From Octopus vulgaris (Eukaryota): 64,000 nucleotides of DNA. Below the pieces are notes generated by a model. The model was not told where the DNA came from. It searched no databases and saw nothing but the letters and a program-made list of their open reading frames with translations. The position numbers and the translations under genes were made by a program. Position 1 is the first letter of the stretch. Each line of letters starts with the position of its first letter. Below, one piece after another: positions 38,728 through 51,930 of this stretch. The stretch spans positions 206,708,001 through 206,772,000 of the forward strand of contig OX597815.1 in assembly GCA_951406725.2 (NCBI GenBank), read 5' to 3'.

Positions 38728-39092
38728 TACATACATGTATAATCCTGAGGCCAAAGAAATAAGAACCCACAGTATTGTAGAGACCATAGTCGCTCATAAT
38801 GAGAAGGACTACTGGCGTGCACACACACACACACACACATGCATACACACACATACATGTATAATCCTGAGGCCAAAGAAATAAGAACCCACAGTATTGT
38901 AGAGACCATAGTCGCTCATAATGAGAAGGACTACTGGCGTGTACACACACACACATGCATACACACACATACATGTATAATCCTGAGGCCAAAGAAATAA
39001 GAACCCACAGTATTGTAGAGACCATAGTCGCTCATAATGAGAAGGACTACTGGCGTGTACACACACACACATGCATACACACACATACATGT
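38728..39092. repeat. Three tandem ~120-bp units with (CA)n spacers
   Basis: Unit CATACATGTATAATCCTGAGGCCAAAG...GGACTACTGGCGTG(CA)n repeated three times, essentially identical. Confidence 0.95.
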
Positions 39093-39191
39093 ATATACAT
39101 GTGTGAGAGGGGAAGATAGATCTCTTTACTCACATGACTTCCATAGGGTTACAGCCGTTTCGTAACCTTCATATAGTATGATTTTTAATAT

Positions 39192-39770
39192 GTTCCAGTG
39201 AAAACCTCAATAAAATGCAAACAATAAACCAGACATGATAATTTTGGACTGAGATGAAAACTGTATGTAATGGTGGATATCAGCTGCCCAGAGGATGTTA
39301 ACATAGAGTGAAAGCTCAGCGTAAAAGAAAACACCTACGCTGGACTATTGAGAAATTTAAGTTCAGGATTATATCTGAATTATCGGATCACTGGGATAAG
39401 TAACAAACTATCTAAGTACCAATCGTGAGAAATTAGGCTTCTCAAAACCAGAAAGAAGAAACCTGATTTGAAGACTACAAATCAAAGACTACAAATCCAT
39501 CAATGGAACTGTAAAAATCTGTAAAACTTTCCAGAAGTTTATCATTTAAGTATATATGCGCATGTCTAGACATGCAACTATATGACGTGAGAATACATAC
39601 ATAAAACAAACCATAGAAATCTGCACATGCAGTGACTCCAGATATTGCATATATACACAAGTACATACAAAAATACCCTGTTGATGTTGTTAAAATTCCA
39701 ATGAAGGTGTTTTGGATCTAGGTTAGAAACCAGCTCATTCTCTATTGGCAAGAAATCTTAAATAATCTTA
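39192..39770 (+). mobile_element. R4/Dong-like RLE retrotransposon 3' fragment (second copy)
   Basis: KPDMIILD*...VDISCPEDVNI...KENTYAGLLRNL...EKLGFSKPERR...GTVKICKTFQKFII*: PD-(D/E)xK-type RLE with stops. Confidence 0.78.
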
Positions 39771-41246
39771 AATAATCAGACTCACACACACATATTCGCA
39801 CACACATACACACACATACAGCAAACACACACACATATAGTCTTACATTATATATATATGCTCACTCTTTCTCTTAATTTTTATGTATGTATGTATGTAT
39901 GTATGTATGTATGCATGTATGTATGTATGTATGTATGTATGTATGTATGTGCGCACGTATAACTTGTGTACGTGTAAACTCTGTTTTTGCATTGTGCTTG
40001 CGGTTTTGTTTAGTTGTTGTTATCCTTCAATTGTAGATAACACTTGGGAATAATCAGACAACGGGATAATACTGTTTTTGGTCTATTCAATGTGTTTCAA
40101 GCTATTTTATTTCCAGTGTTTAGATGGACTCAAATCGAGAGAGATTTCAAGATAAAATATCATTCACTAATTTTAAATTCAGATTCAAATAATATATAGT
40201 TTTAAGTTAATATACATTCACTGTCGAAATAACGACTTCTTTTGAGATATATATGTATATATATCTTTAAATTCTCTTAATGACTTTCTTGTTTGTAAAA
40301 CACGTAATACAAAAATCAGTAAACCACGAAAAGACACTGATACAAGGTCATTGCTCTATCTGAATCCTTGATAAGAATTATTTGACATTTCAAACAATTG
40401 TAGATGTAAACAAGGGAGAAGGAATAAAAAAAGTAGCGTTATGTTAACTCTTTGAGCTGGTAAAATCGTTAGCACGCTGGACGAAATGCCTAGCAGCATT
40501 TCGCCCGTCGCTACGTTCTGAGTTCAAATTTCATCTTGCCTTTCATCTTTTCGGGGTTGGTAAATTAAGAACCAGTGAAACACTGGGGTCGATGTAATCC
40601 AGGCTTTGTGCCTTTAGTAGAAACGTTTATCTTAACTTTTTGCAGACCTTTAGCGGTTAATAAATAGAACATTATCTATAATTATGAAAGCGGTGAGCTG
40701 GCGAAATTACTACTGCACCGGACAGAATTAAAGAAACACAGAAATAAAAATCCACAAGTAATACTTTTCCAAATGGGCGAAATATACAGGGTGGCATATG
40801 ATGTAGGAAATTTGCACCTTGGTTATGTATTATACACTTTCTTTAAGAAACATGCATGTTTCAGTGTTAGTTACTTGCGTTTAAAGTGTGACCCATCATT
40901 ATGAAATTCCCTGTGTTACCCTTTAAAGATAATAAACCCAGTTCGCAAATATTGAACATTAACTTGCTTAAAGTAAGTTTTTAATCGTTAACTGCATAGT
41001 TCAAGTTAACCATTTGTTTGGGAGCATCACTTTGACGCAAAATGAAGACATCGGAGATAAGAACAACAGTAAATCCAAACCATAAGAATATATATTTGCT
41101 CTGAACAATTCTATGCATGTTTCCTGTCGTGTATTTCTGTTAGTCCTTAGCATTTCTGTTTACCACGAAATCATTTTATCTGTGAGCACTTAAAACTATA
41201 TATTCTTCAAGGAAGAGGACTCTTGAGGTGTATCTCAAATCATGTA

Positions 41247-41286
<40 letters not shown>

Positions 41287-41639
41287 TATTTCTACTGTTG
41301 GCACAAGGCCTGAAATTTGGTGGTGGTGAGGGGCTAGGCAATTACATCAACCCAAGTGCTAAGCTGGTGTTTAATTCATGAACCACCAAAAAAATGAAAG
41401 ATAAAGTCGACCTCTGCTAAATTTGAACTCAGAACGTAAGGAATTTTGTTCGGTGTGGTATCAATTCTGCCAGCTCACCGCTTTGATAACAATAGACAAT
41501 GTTCTCTTTACTAATCACTAAGAGTTTACACAAAAATCTAGTCCGGCAGAGGACGATCCAATACCATAAAATATGGAGTTACATAGAAGCGTAAAATAAC
41601 ATACACAACGAAGCAAAAAAAAACATAAGTAATAATTCC

Positions 41640-42150
41640 CCAAATGTAGTGGAAGGAGGCTTCCGAGTCCTACTGGTGGAAGCCCCTCAATACCACGGTC
41701 ACCTTCACCACTAGGGAAATTACCCGCTCCTTATGCTTCTCCCCCAATCAAGAGACGCATGCTCCTAACATGTTCGTTTAGCGAGATCACCCTTGCCACT
41801 ATCATTTATTTTTCAATAAATTTACTGGAAGGCAGTATTTCCCTCCACATCCTCACTTTACTTTTCAAGTGAAACTTGAGAGATTGACCAAAGAATCTGG
41901 TCTACCACACATCCTCTTTCGTTAGTGTTACCAGACAACGACTGCATGAGGTTGTTATATTTCCAACGTTCCCTTGGCAGCGAGCATGTATGGTCGCCGT
42001 TTGTCAGGCTCACTTTTCCATCTCGAACCGGTAGCACTGCCAACAGAGATTTATGAAAATTATCGGTATTCCTTTGAGCAGTACCGATCTTCACAATGTT
42101 CGCGTATACCGATAGAAATATCCCTTTTTCTAGTTTGTGGGGGATGATTC
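41640..42150 (-). mobile_element. Degenerate L1/Tx1-like ORF2 3' relic
   Basis: DNFHKSL..VLPVRD...TC, EDVW*TR, KFHLKSKVR..RE pattern resembling Tx1-type C-termini; many disruptions. Confidence 0.45.
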
Positions 42151-42677
42151 GCAATGATTCTAGCTTCCAAGGGCCAATACACACAGAGGTAACGAGAGGC
42201 GAAGATCTGGACGGACTGAGCGCATGAAACTGAATGGTTGTTTATTGAGTTAATCCAACCACGGAAATCGGAACCAAAACCGGCCGCTTGAGAATCGTCG
42301 AATAACAATCCGGATGGGGAAATTAGAAATAATATAATAAAAACAAAACTTGACACTGATTACGGAATGTGTAGACAAATTAAAAAAAAAAAACTCTTAC
42401 AAAACTTACATATTTGCGCAACAAAAGGAAAAGAGTGTTATTTGTGCCGGCACACAAATTACGTACAGCAATAGAAAGTAAAAAAAATAGACTAATGTAT
42501 TTCCTTTCCTCAACATGGTACTTTTACCGAGCGATACTGGATTCCAGTCGCCTAGTAATCCCGCATTATGCATATTGATATATATATCATAGACGCTAGC
42601 TGACTTTACAATTAAGTGCACACATATAAAAGACCTCTAATTTCCAATCAAGCCTACGTATTACAGACAAACACATG

Positions 42678-42719
<42 letters not shown>

Positions 42720-42809
42720 GAAATGAGGTACTCAGAAAATCGGATGGTTTATATTTACAGATATTTATTTATATATTACATTTTTTATATATATATCATA
42801 CCACTTAGA

Positions 42810-42850
42810 TCATTAGCGCTTTCTCCCATTCTAGTGGGGTTTTCAAATCA
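42810..42850 (-). ncRNA. Minimal hammerhead (U3:A8 variant) in a ~140-bp (TA)n-flanked element
   Basis: TGAT-TTGAAAA-CCCCA(CTAGAA)TGGGA-GAAA-G(CG)C-TA-ATGA; palindromic stem III AGCGCT; one mismatch each in stems I and II. Confidence 0.6.
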
Positions 42851-43512
42851 AAATATATATATATATATATATATAAATGCATGTATGTATACACACACAT
42901 ATGTATGTATATGCATGTATGTAAACACCCACCGACCCAACCACAAAGGCACACACACAGAAATATATATCTTCTTGTCTGTCATTGGACTGTAGCCATG
43001 TTGGAGCACTGCCTTGATGGGTTTAGTCGAACGAATCGACGTCAGTAACTTTTTATATCTGGTATTTATTCCCTCGTTGCCTTTTCCCGAACTACTAAGT
43101 TACGGCCACATATAGAAATCAACACCGGTTGTAGTAAGGGACATACACAAGCACGAGCACACACATACATACACACGTACGCATGCGTGGGAGAGGTAAT
43201 TTGTGAGTATACAATTTTATTGTAAAATGGTGAGTATAAATATAATGCAAACGTACGTTTAATTACTAGCATATTAAAAATCATACTATATGAAGGTTAC
43301 GAAACGGCCGTAACCCTATGGAAGTCATCTGAGGAAATAGATCTATCTTCCCCTCTCACACTTCCTGACTTTTCGCTTTACACACACACGCGAACATGTA
43401 TATATATGTATGTGCGTGTATGCATGTGTGTGCACGCGCTTCTCTCAGTTTCTGTCAATCAAATTCACTCATAAGGTTTTGGTCGGGCCCTTGTTATATA
43501 CTAGAAAACAAT

Positions 43513-43743
43513 AAGGCGGCGAGCTGGCAGAAACGTTAGCGTGCCGGGCGAAATGCTTAGCGGTATTTCGTCTGTCGTTACGTTTTGAGTTCAAATTCCA
43601 CCGAAGTCGACTTTGCCTTTCATCCTTTCGGGGTCGATAAATAAAGTACCAGTTACGCACTGGGGCCGATATAATCGACTTAATTCCTTTGTCTGTCCTT
43701 GTTTGTCCCCTCTATGTTAGCCCCTTGTGGGTAATAAAGAAAT
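43513..43743 (+). mobile_element. SINE family 2 inserted into a family-1 SINE
   Basis: Full-length copy; ACTAGAAAACA duplicated on both sides; host SINE halves at ~43440-43510 and ~43750-43840 (-). Confidence 0.9.
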
Positions 43744-44472
43744 GTCTACTAGAAAACAGTTGGCGAAGGTGCCACGCAGTGGGACTGAATCCAGAACCAT
43801 TAGGTTGGAAATCAGACTTCATACCACATATTCACGCCTGCACCTTCCGTCATTTTAGAATCTCTGCTTCCTTTCCGTAAAGAAATATGAAGACACACCA
43901 GTGAAACTCCTTATATTTTAGCTCTTCTTATCGAGTAAGAATGTATAATTTAAAGCCTTCCAGACTAAGAACGCTTACCCCAACAGGTGGCTAATCTCAA
44001 ACACATTCGACCGACTTAAATAGCATACATTAGAGTGACCTATATTAAACAAACGAAATAGTCACAAAGACAGAGGTTTGTTTATGTTCGTGGCATGGAA
44101 GCTTTTATTAGAAGTACTTCAGGTGGTAACAATTTTCTGATGTCTCACTTAATTTTTTTATTATCATTCTACCCACGCGACAGGAACGTTTCAGAAAAAT
44201 ATAAAAAAATGGCGAAAGTAAAATAGGAATTCAGTTCGTGATTACATATGTATATAAATTATATATATATATATATTTGTGCGCGTGTGTGTGTATGGGT
44301 GTGTGTGGGTCTGGCGTGCGTGCGTATGTATGTGTGTATGTTTATATATTTGTGTATAAGGATGCATTAGTATGTGTATATATCTATGTCTGTATATCTA
44401 CCTATCTATCTGTCCATCTATCTATCAATCTATCTATCTATCTATCTATCTAAATATATATCTATCTATCTA

Positions 44473-44544
<72 letters not shown>

Positions 44545-44603
44545 TATATATATATATACATATATATACATATATATATACATATATATACATACATACA
44601 CGC

Positions 44604-44688
<85 letters not shown>

Positions 44689-45689
44689 ATAGCACTAAAT
44701 GATGTAGAAAACATCAATATATTTAAAAATAAGTGCGCCATCATCTGGAAAAAGTTAATGAAAGCACGGAGTCCCTAAAGAACTATAGTAGTTTATAGAG
44801 GACCAACTCGGAAGTTATCTAACGATTTCTAGGCATAGTTATATAATCACTTATTTGCATCTTCACGTTTTGAAAATCCTTATTTTTTGGGCAGAAAATT
44901 TCAAAACTAACTAAATAATGATGGTGAATATGAAATGTTTTTCACGTCGTATCCTGTTATCAGCAATTCAATACGTCTGCAGTCCAGTCGATGTCTGCGT
45001 TAAACAATGTAAAATATTGCCTAAAGTTGACATGTAATTCAGTGGTGAGTTCAAAATCTACTGGTGCATGTACTTAGTTCAGAGAAGGATAATCAGATGA
45101 AAAAAAAAGGGATAAAGCATCTTTCTAGAGCGCTACGGATTCATAAGGAGCGGTTTTTCCGTTTTCCATGGCATAAAAACTCTTACCTCCTGGACAGACG
45201 TAGAGAAGGATAAAATGTATTGTATATAATTGAACTATGGTAAGTTCGCACCTGCACACACAAACACTTATACGATGAAAACTTTGATCACCGGATCGAT
45301 GCATTTAGTAGACGAAATCTTCCTCTAACAATGTTTAAAATCGAACCAAAGAGTAGAATTTCCCTGTAGCGGATTTTAAACTTTAGAAACAAAGAAATCG
45401 GAAAACAAAAGCAAAAACCAAATGCTGATCGGAAACATCACATCTTTAAAACCAACGGGAAAAACTACAACATACACACGCACACGCACGCACACACACA
45501 CACGCGCACACACACACACACAGACAGACACACACACACACGCACATACACAAACACACACACACACGCACACATACACACACATACACAAACACACCCA
45601 CACACAAACACGCAAAGGCGCGCACCAACGTACAATACATGTACATACACACACATATATATATGCATGTGTATGTGTGTATTTATATA

Positions 45690-46450
45690 CATTTACAGGT
45701 TAAATAAATATCAGGGATGCTTTGCAGGGGCCACTTAAAGATGTTACAGGCTCTTCTTTTGGTGGTGATTAAAGTCATCCCAATATTTGAAACCTTACTT
45801 ATCACGTGCAGGTATCTGGGGATCATAAGTGTTTCGCCCCTTCGCCTGTACACCTCGCCTGAGTGGGGCAACGAGAACTGAATTGGCTTTGGCCTGCAGA
45901 ATGTTTCCATTGGCGACGTCTAAGCCAACCTCAACTACCTTGAACGGAGTTCAGCTACGTGGCTATCTCCTTGCTAATGTCTGTCAGCTGTTTGGGTTCC
46001 ACCTCAATCTTCTGTAGGAAATAGATAACCGACATCGCTGGAAATTCGCAACCGAATTCAATGCAAGATGAGGCAGTGTGCCATCCTTTAACAAAACCCT
46101 CCTCCACCAAGATCTGGTATTTGGTTTTCTTCAATTGGTGAGCAATTTTAGATATGTTCCAGGGCACTATGTGTTCAGCCTCGGTGATTGTTTTTGCGGC
46201 TTTGGACAGCAAGAACATATCCAGTCTGAGGATATTATTGCCACCTCTTCAGGAACTATCCTTCAGTTTTACTTGCATCTGTTCTACCGTTCTACTTACA
46301 GCTTCCAGTCTGAGGCCTGATGCAAAATAGCAAACAGGTCTCCTACAATTGATTTTGCTTTAAGAACTTTATCACCTTTCCTAACGACGATTTAGGTACG
46401 GACTTTGTCATGCCTCCATTTGTATCGATCTTTTCCCACTGCCATAGGGT
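45690..46450 (-). mobile_element. HERO/NeSL-like RLE non-LTR retrotransposon 3' fragment
   Basis: DRYKWRHDKV...ASDWKL...PEEVA...AEHIVPW..AHQLKKTKYQILVEE...KGW...IEFGC.FPAMSV; frameshifted. Confidence 0.7.
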
Positions 46451-46666
46451 ATTCGGTCAAATGCAGTTCAGACTACAAAGAACTGTGCCACACTATTTGC
46501 AAGATGGCTACTTCTCTTTACCCTATACTTTAATGTTATTTGGGGCTGGCAGTTACGGTACGCAAGAGGAAAGATAATTTTCGCTTGATCAGTACACTAG
46601 GTTTCCCTTCAGGACTGGATACTTTGTACTATCGTTAGTTTTTGATCTTCTACACTGATTTCCTCC

Positions 46667-46812
46667 AGGTCGACTTTGCCTTTCATCCTTTCGGGGTCGA
46701 TAAATTAAGTACCAGTTACGCACTGGGCTCGATATAATCGACTTAATCCGTCTGTCTCTCTGTCCTTGTTTGTCCCCTCTGTGCTTAGCCCCTTGTGGGC
46801 AATAAAGAAATA
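46667..46812 (+). mobile_element. 5'-truncated SINE family 2
   Basis: 3' two-thirds of the family; 16-bp TSD TACACTGATTTCCTCC (46651-46666 / 46813-46828). Confidence 0.9.
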
Positions 46813-47826
46813 TACACTGATTTCCTCCCCCTTCTGCTAATACCTTCTTGGCTACAATGAACAGACCCACCCACTGACAATGTGAACCCTACTAAAATAC
46901 ACTTGTTACATCTCTGCCATTCGGTGGTGAAATTTGCCACCGTGAACAGTCAATAATTCTACTTATGAATATTATTAACAATATGGCCATGAGGAAATAC
47001 CCCTGAAGAGGGCTCGGGTTCTGTACACTAACTGTACATAAGATAAGATCTGAGATATGTAATGCACAGAGGTAAAAGTACAAATAGCAGAGATTATCAA
47101 TGTCATTGGTATAAAAATATCAGCAAAGAAGTGTTTAAAGTAAAAAAATACAGCAACATTAAGATCAGATGTAAATCTTTTGAGCAATGCAGTTTGAAGT
47201 GGATGTTGTATTCAAAACCATCTCTCGAGTAGAGACTTCAATGGCGTGTTTATGATTTAATGAGTAAGAAGACTCTCACACATATGTATGGGCAATTTAA
47301 GGTAGCTGTCAACGAGAAAGGATTGTGTTTTAGTGCATATTAGAGAGACAGCAAGAACTCAGTATTATGTAATTATACAGTATTATGTAACTATACACGC
47401 ATAAATAAAAAGACGTGTGTATATATATATATACACACATACACACATATTGCATATATACGTAGATACAAACATACATACACACATATATGTAAATATA
47501 TATAAACATATACATATATGGTGCATAGTGAGCACACACACACATATACACACACATACACACACATACATACACACACACATATATATATCCATATAAA
47601 CGTGTATATATACATAAATGCTGCATAGTGAGCATATATATATATATACATACTCTCTCGCATATCGGATGTATAAAGAGAGGGATGTATACATGCGTCT
47701 ATAAATTATATATAATACGCTACACGGTGTATATTATGCTCCAGCTGTGTTTCTCCAACATACGCCTAACCACAAACGTAACACGCTATCAGAAACGTCA
47801 CAATTTCCCCTGTGTTGAGTGTTGGG

Positions 47827-47918
<92 letters not shown>

Positions 47919-48317
47919 CACACACACACACACACACATACAAACACCTACATCTATATAATATATATAATAATATAATTTGGTTTGTAGTGTAATATAT
48001 GAATTTATAGAATCATGTGGCTACCACAGAAAAGCCTTTCTAGTGGACCCGGCTAGCTGATCACACAGGAACGGGGGATTGTAATGCACAGTTTTGTTTC
48101 GCTGATATCCAGGGATCCACCAGGAGTATATATACATCTCGAATCACAAAATGTATATGAGAAATGAATATTTATTTAGCCACTTTGAGCTCAAGCATTA
48201 GTATAACCATCATGTTCTAGTTATCTGATTTGTAAATATATAATTTGTATTGTATAACGCATACTATGCGTACTAATGCAGATATGTAAAATAATTTATT
48301 ATTCACTGAAATTGTTA

Positions 48318-48710
48318 TCTATATATATATAAAGCTGAAGTTGTCTCTGAGTGGCAGGTTTGGTAGCCTTCAACTAACACTATCTCCTCCGAGACCCTGC
48401 GACGCAAGTTGACCAAAATTAAGAGTTTCATAGAAGAAGGCTTGCTCTTCCTTCTGCAGAAAATAAAATTCAAATTGGACCATGTTAACACTAAAAACTA
48501 TTTACATCAAAAAGGTGCTTTTTCTCTATAAAAATCCCTATTTTTTTACGTTTTTTTAACTGCTGTGTCCTTATTTTTCGGTGTATTTCAATCAGAAAAA
48601 TGTTCACTTAAAGAGAATAACAAGCTGCATAATGCAAAAGTTTTAGTTTTCAAAAATTCCAATTCTAAAGGGTCGAAACAAACCCGAGCAACGCCGGGCG
48701 ATACTGCTAG
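48318..48710 (+). mobile_element. Non-autonomous Helitron (second subfamily)
   Basis: TC start after A, CTAG end followed by T, CCCGAGCAACGCCGGG hairpin; colinear with 31576-32014. Confidence 0.88.
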
Positions 48711-48798
48711 TTAAGTGATAAAGGCTGCGAAACGGCCGTAATCCAAAGGATGAGATGTGGTTAGATAAATATATTTAATTCTAGTACTTCCGTACTTT

Positions 48799-48834
48799 CT
48801 TGGGGAAATTTCGAACCTGGGTTCTCATTCCTAA

Positions 48835-48899
<65 letters not shown>

Positions 48900-49006
48900 T
48901 CACTGCCTGGAATTGAACTCGGAATATTGGGGTTAGTAGCCGCGCTCTTAACCCCAAGATTCCGAGTTCAGTTCCAGGCAGTGACCTGAATAATAATAAT
49001 AATGAT

Positions 49007-49081
<75 letters not shown>

Positions 49082-49735
49082 TTCTGATCTTAACTAATTG
49101 GAAGTGTAATCATGTACATTGTTTTGTCTTGGTATAAAAGATGGGCTACAGCAAATATTCTGCTCAATACCACAGATTTGCTTGTCAGTTGTTTGACCTT
49201 AACCAGTTGAGCATGTCCCTTAGTGGCTGACAATATGTGCATCTCTGACCACGAGCAGAAGTAGTGGGGGAGCATCATAGCCAGTTGTTGAGAGGGATTC
49301 TTTGGAGTTTGAACAATTCACCTCTGAAAACATGGGTGTTTCGTTCAACGTCATTAAACAACCCTTATTCAGGGATCTTTTGAGCAGGATGGGCTACTCA
49401 ACCAGAAGAAAATTCTATCTGGGCCCCACCTGCAAGGTCATGTGTTGTTTATCTTGATATGAGATCGCCATGTCGCGCACATATGGTTGTGATGCATGTG
49501 CCTAGTGGACCGTTATCATACAGGTAGTCTGATATTTTACCCCAGTGTCACTTTGATGGCATGCACTGCTCTCTCACTCAATAATAATAATACTAACAAC
49601 AACAACAACATCGAAAAATATTTTAGGAACGAGAACCCAGGTTCGAAATTTCCCCAAGGCACCTGATGAAGGCTAGATGGTATAGCGTTGTGTTAACATC
49701 AAACAAGACGAGGACAAATATCCATCAAATGTAAA
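48799..49735 (+). mobile_element. Fold-back tRNA-headed element with hammerhead relic, interrupted by a ~500-bp insertion
   Basis: Inner arms 48895-48935 / 48949-48989 with a B-box-like GAGTTCA.TTCC, (TTA)n/(TAA)n, outer arms 48799-48834 / 49623-49658; CAC-CTGATGA-A-GGCTA..TAGC-GTT-GTG at 49660-49692. Confidence 0.65.
49081..49590 (+). mobile_element. Probable LINE 3' UTR fragment inserted in (TAA)n
   Basis: Non-coding block that splits the (TAA)n tract of the fold-back element and ends ...CTCTCACTC(AAT)n. Confidence 0.5.
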
Positions 49736-49842
49736 AATCTTAGAAAAAGAAGTCGTGTTTTCAATATATCTTTTTTGAAATAAAAGCTTTCCTACCTACA
49801 TATATACATGCATGTATACATACATAATATATAAATATATAC

Positions 49843-50085
49843 ATTATGGCTGCCCCTCGTTATCGAGTATGCACCCCCCGTTATCGAGTACTGGTGCTGT
49901 GATCGAATGTGACTTTTTAGCCCAGCTAAAGATCTACAATGTCTTGTAGAGTATTGGCAGCTAAACCTTACTGGTAATAGCGGCTGTAGTTGTAACCGGG
50001 CTTCAAGTACCTTTGCATGTCGTTTAGTCCTCCTGCACAATCCTTCTCACGCACAATCCTTCTCCACCTGCTGCGATCAATAGCT
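49843..50085 (-). mobile_element. RTE-clade LINE 3' end
   Basis: DRSRWRRIVRE...FSCQYSTRHCRSLAGLKSHIRS (C-terminal C2H2 relic), then the RTE-type end TACTCGATAACGAGGGGCAGCCAT. Confidence 0.7.
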
Positions 50086-51324
50086 ATGCCTCACATGCAT
50101 ACATACACACATACATACATACATACATACATACATACATACATACATACATACATAGATACATACATACATACATACATACATACACACATACACACAT
50201 ACATACATACATACATGCATAATACATACATAAATACTTACATACATATATACATTCATGCATGCATACAAAGCGTACATACACACACATACACACATTC
50301 ATTCGCACATACATACATGCATATATGCATACATTGATTAATTCATTCATTCATACATGCATACATACATATATACGATACACGCAGACACATATATCCA
50401 TACAAAAATAAATGTATGTATATCATTGTGTATATATATATATATGTGTGTATGTATGTGTGTGCATATTTACTTATATACGCATTTATACCCTTATATA
50501 GATACATATATATACATATGTATACGTGTATGTATGCATCCATGCATATATGGATGTAAGTACACGTTCGTGTATATATGACTGAATACGTGTATATATG
50601 TATGTATTCATGTATATATGGATTCATGAATACACGAATGTATCTGTGTTTTGTGTGGTGTATGATTTTTAAAAATAGAACAACGTTTCTTTTGCTCTTG
50701 GATATATTTTGATCTTAGTTGCCTGGCGTTTTTACTTGTTGCTGATATGAATAACATTTCTTGTTTTTCGTTTTTACTTTCATATGAAGCACGGATCACA
50801 ACAAAGATCTCTTTTAGTATAAACAAACAATATTCTTTGAAACATGCTCAGAACTGATAAGCAGACTTTTTTATAACGGTTTTTGTTCGCGCTATGTACT
50901 TGTATGAAAATTTGATTAGGTGTTCTTCACTTCTCACTCTATACGCAATTAGAAACATGCCTATGGGGCATGAAAATAACTTGAGTTTATATCATAGACA
51001 TATTTGGATGTAATAAAGGAATAAATAAATAAATGGATAAATAGTGGGAAAGATTTCTGAGAGATAGAAGAATGTATTGTGCGTACACAAATAAGTAATA
51101 GTTCTTAACGTAGATAGGAAATGTCACCTGATATAAATGCGGAGGAGAGGTTATATGTTTTAAATGAAAATTACGAAGTTAAAATTACGAAGTTATCAGT
51201 GAGGTAAGTAAAAGAAAAAACAGTTAGCAAATTCAGCTGTCTGAAAATGTCCGACCGAATTTTCGTGGCACACATAGACAGCAACTGCTCGTCTACTACA
51301 GATTTGTTTTGTACCAAAGGGATA

Positions 51325-51721
51325 TCTTTATATATAAAAGTGAGGTCGTGTGCTGTCTGTCTCCTACGATTTAGATTCTTAACTACTCCCACATTTTGCG
51401 GTGCAGTTTAACCAAATCCGGGTATCTTATAGTCGTGATTCATATCGAGCCCTTCTGGGTATTAGCGCGCGTCTACGATGAGTCTACGATTTAAAAAAAA
51501 AATTACCATAAATTTTTCCCATTTTTAATGCATTTTTGACATATATAAGGGAAGTAACTCTCTAAACATTTATTATTAAATCTCAGAACGTAAAAAGCTA
51601 CAGTAACACACCCCCCTTTGTGGTTAGCCATATTGAGATGGCTATTATACTTTACATCTCTAAAAATGCTTATATAGTTATTTCCCTTACAAACCCGAGC
51701 AACGCCGGGCGATACTGCTAG
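51325..51721 (+). mobile_element. Non-autonomous Helitron (first subfamily)
   Basis: TC start after A, hairpin and CTAG end followed by T; 5' part colinear with 25172 and 25685. Confidence 0.88.
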
Positions 51722-51734
51722 TATATATATATAT

Positions 51735-51930
51735 AGTTAATCCAAACAAGAAAGCACAAAAAAAACACAACAACGCGAGGACGTGGAACAAATATAGTAT
51801 TATTGGACGCTCAGGAAAGAAGGAGGGTTTAACGTTTCGAGCGGAGCTCTTCGTCGGAAACATAGGAGAAGGAAAGATCCAGAGAAGGGAAGACGGAGGA
51901 AAAAAAATCGCCAACGGTACACACGAGGTC
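51735..51930 (-). mobile_element. Family A PLE-type element with minimal hammerhead at 51827-51861
   Basis: GTTT-CCGACGA-A-GAGC(TCC)GCTC-GAAAC-GTT-AAAC: 4-bp stem I, 4-bp stem II, loopless ACGT stem III, U4C change; 3' end abuts (TA)n; end fragments recur at 52322-52405 and 55350-55685. Confidence 0.7.

Noticed and set aside
38728-39092. CRISPR-like repeat-spacer array
   Set aside because: Eukaryotic context, ~90-bp identical units with (CA)n spacers, no cas genes.
43300-43340. Type-II hammerhead (GAAAC-GGCC-GTA...CTGAGGA)
   Set aside because: Stem I does not pair and CTGAGGA is not conserved in the sister copy at ~39130.
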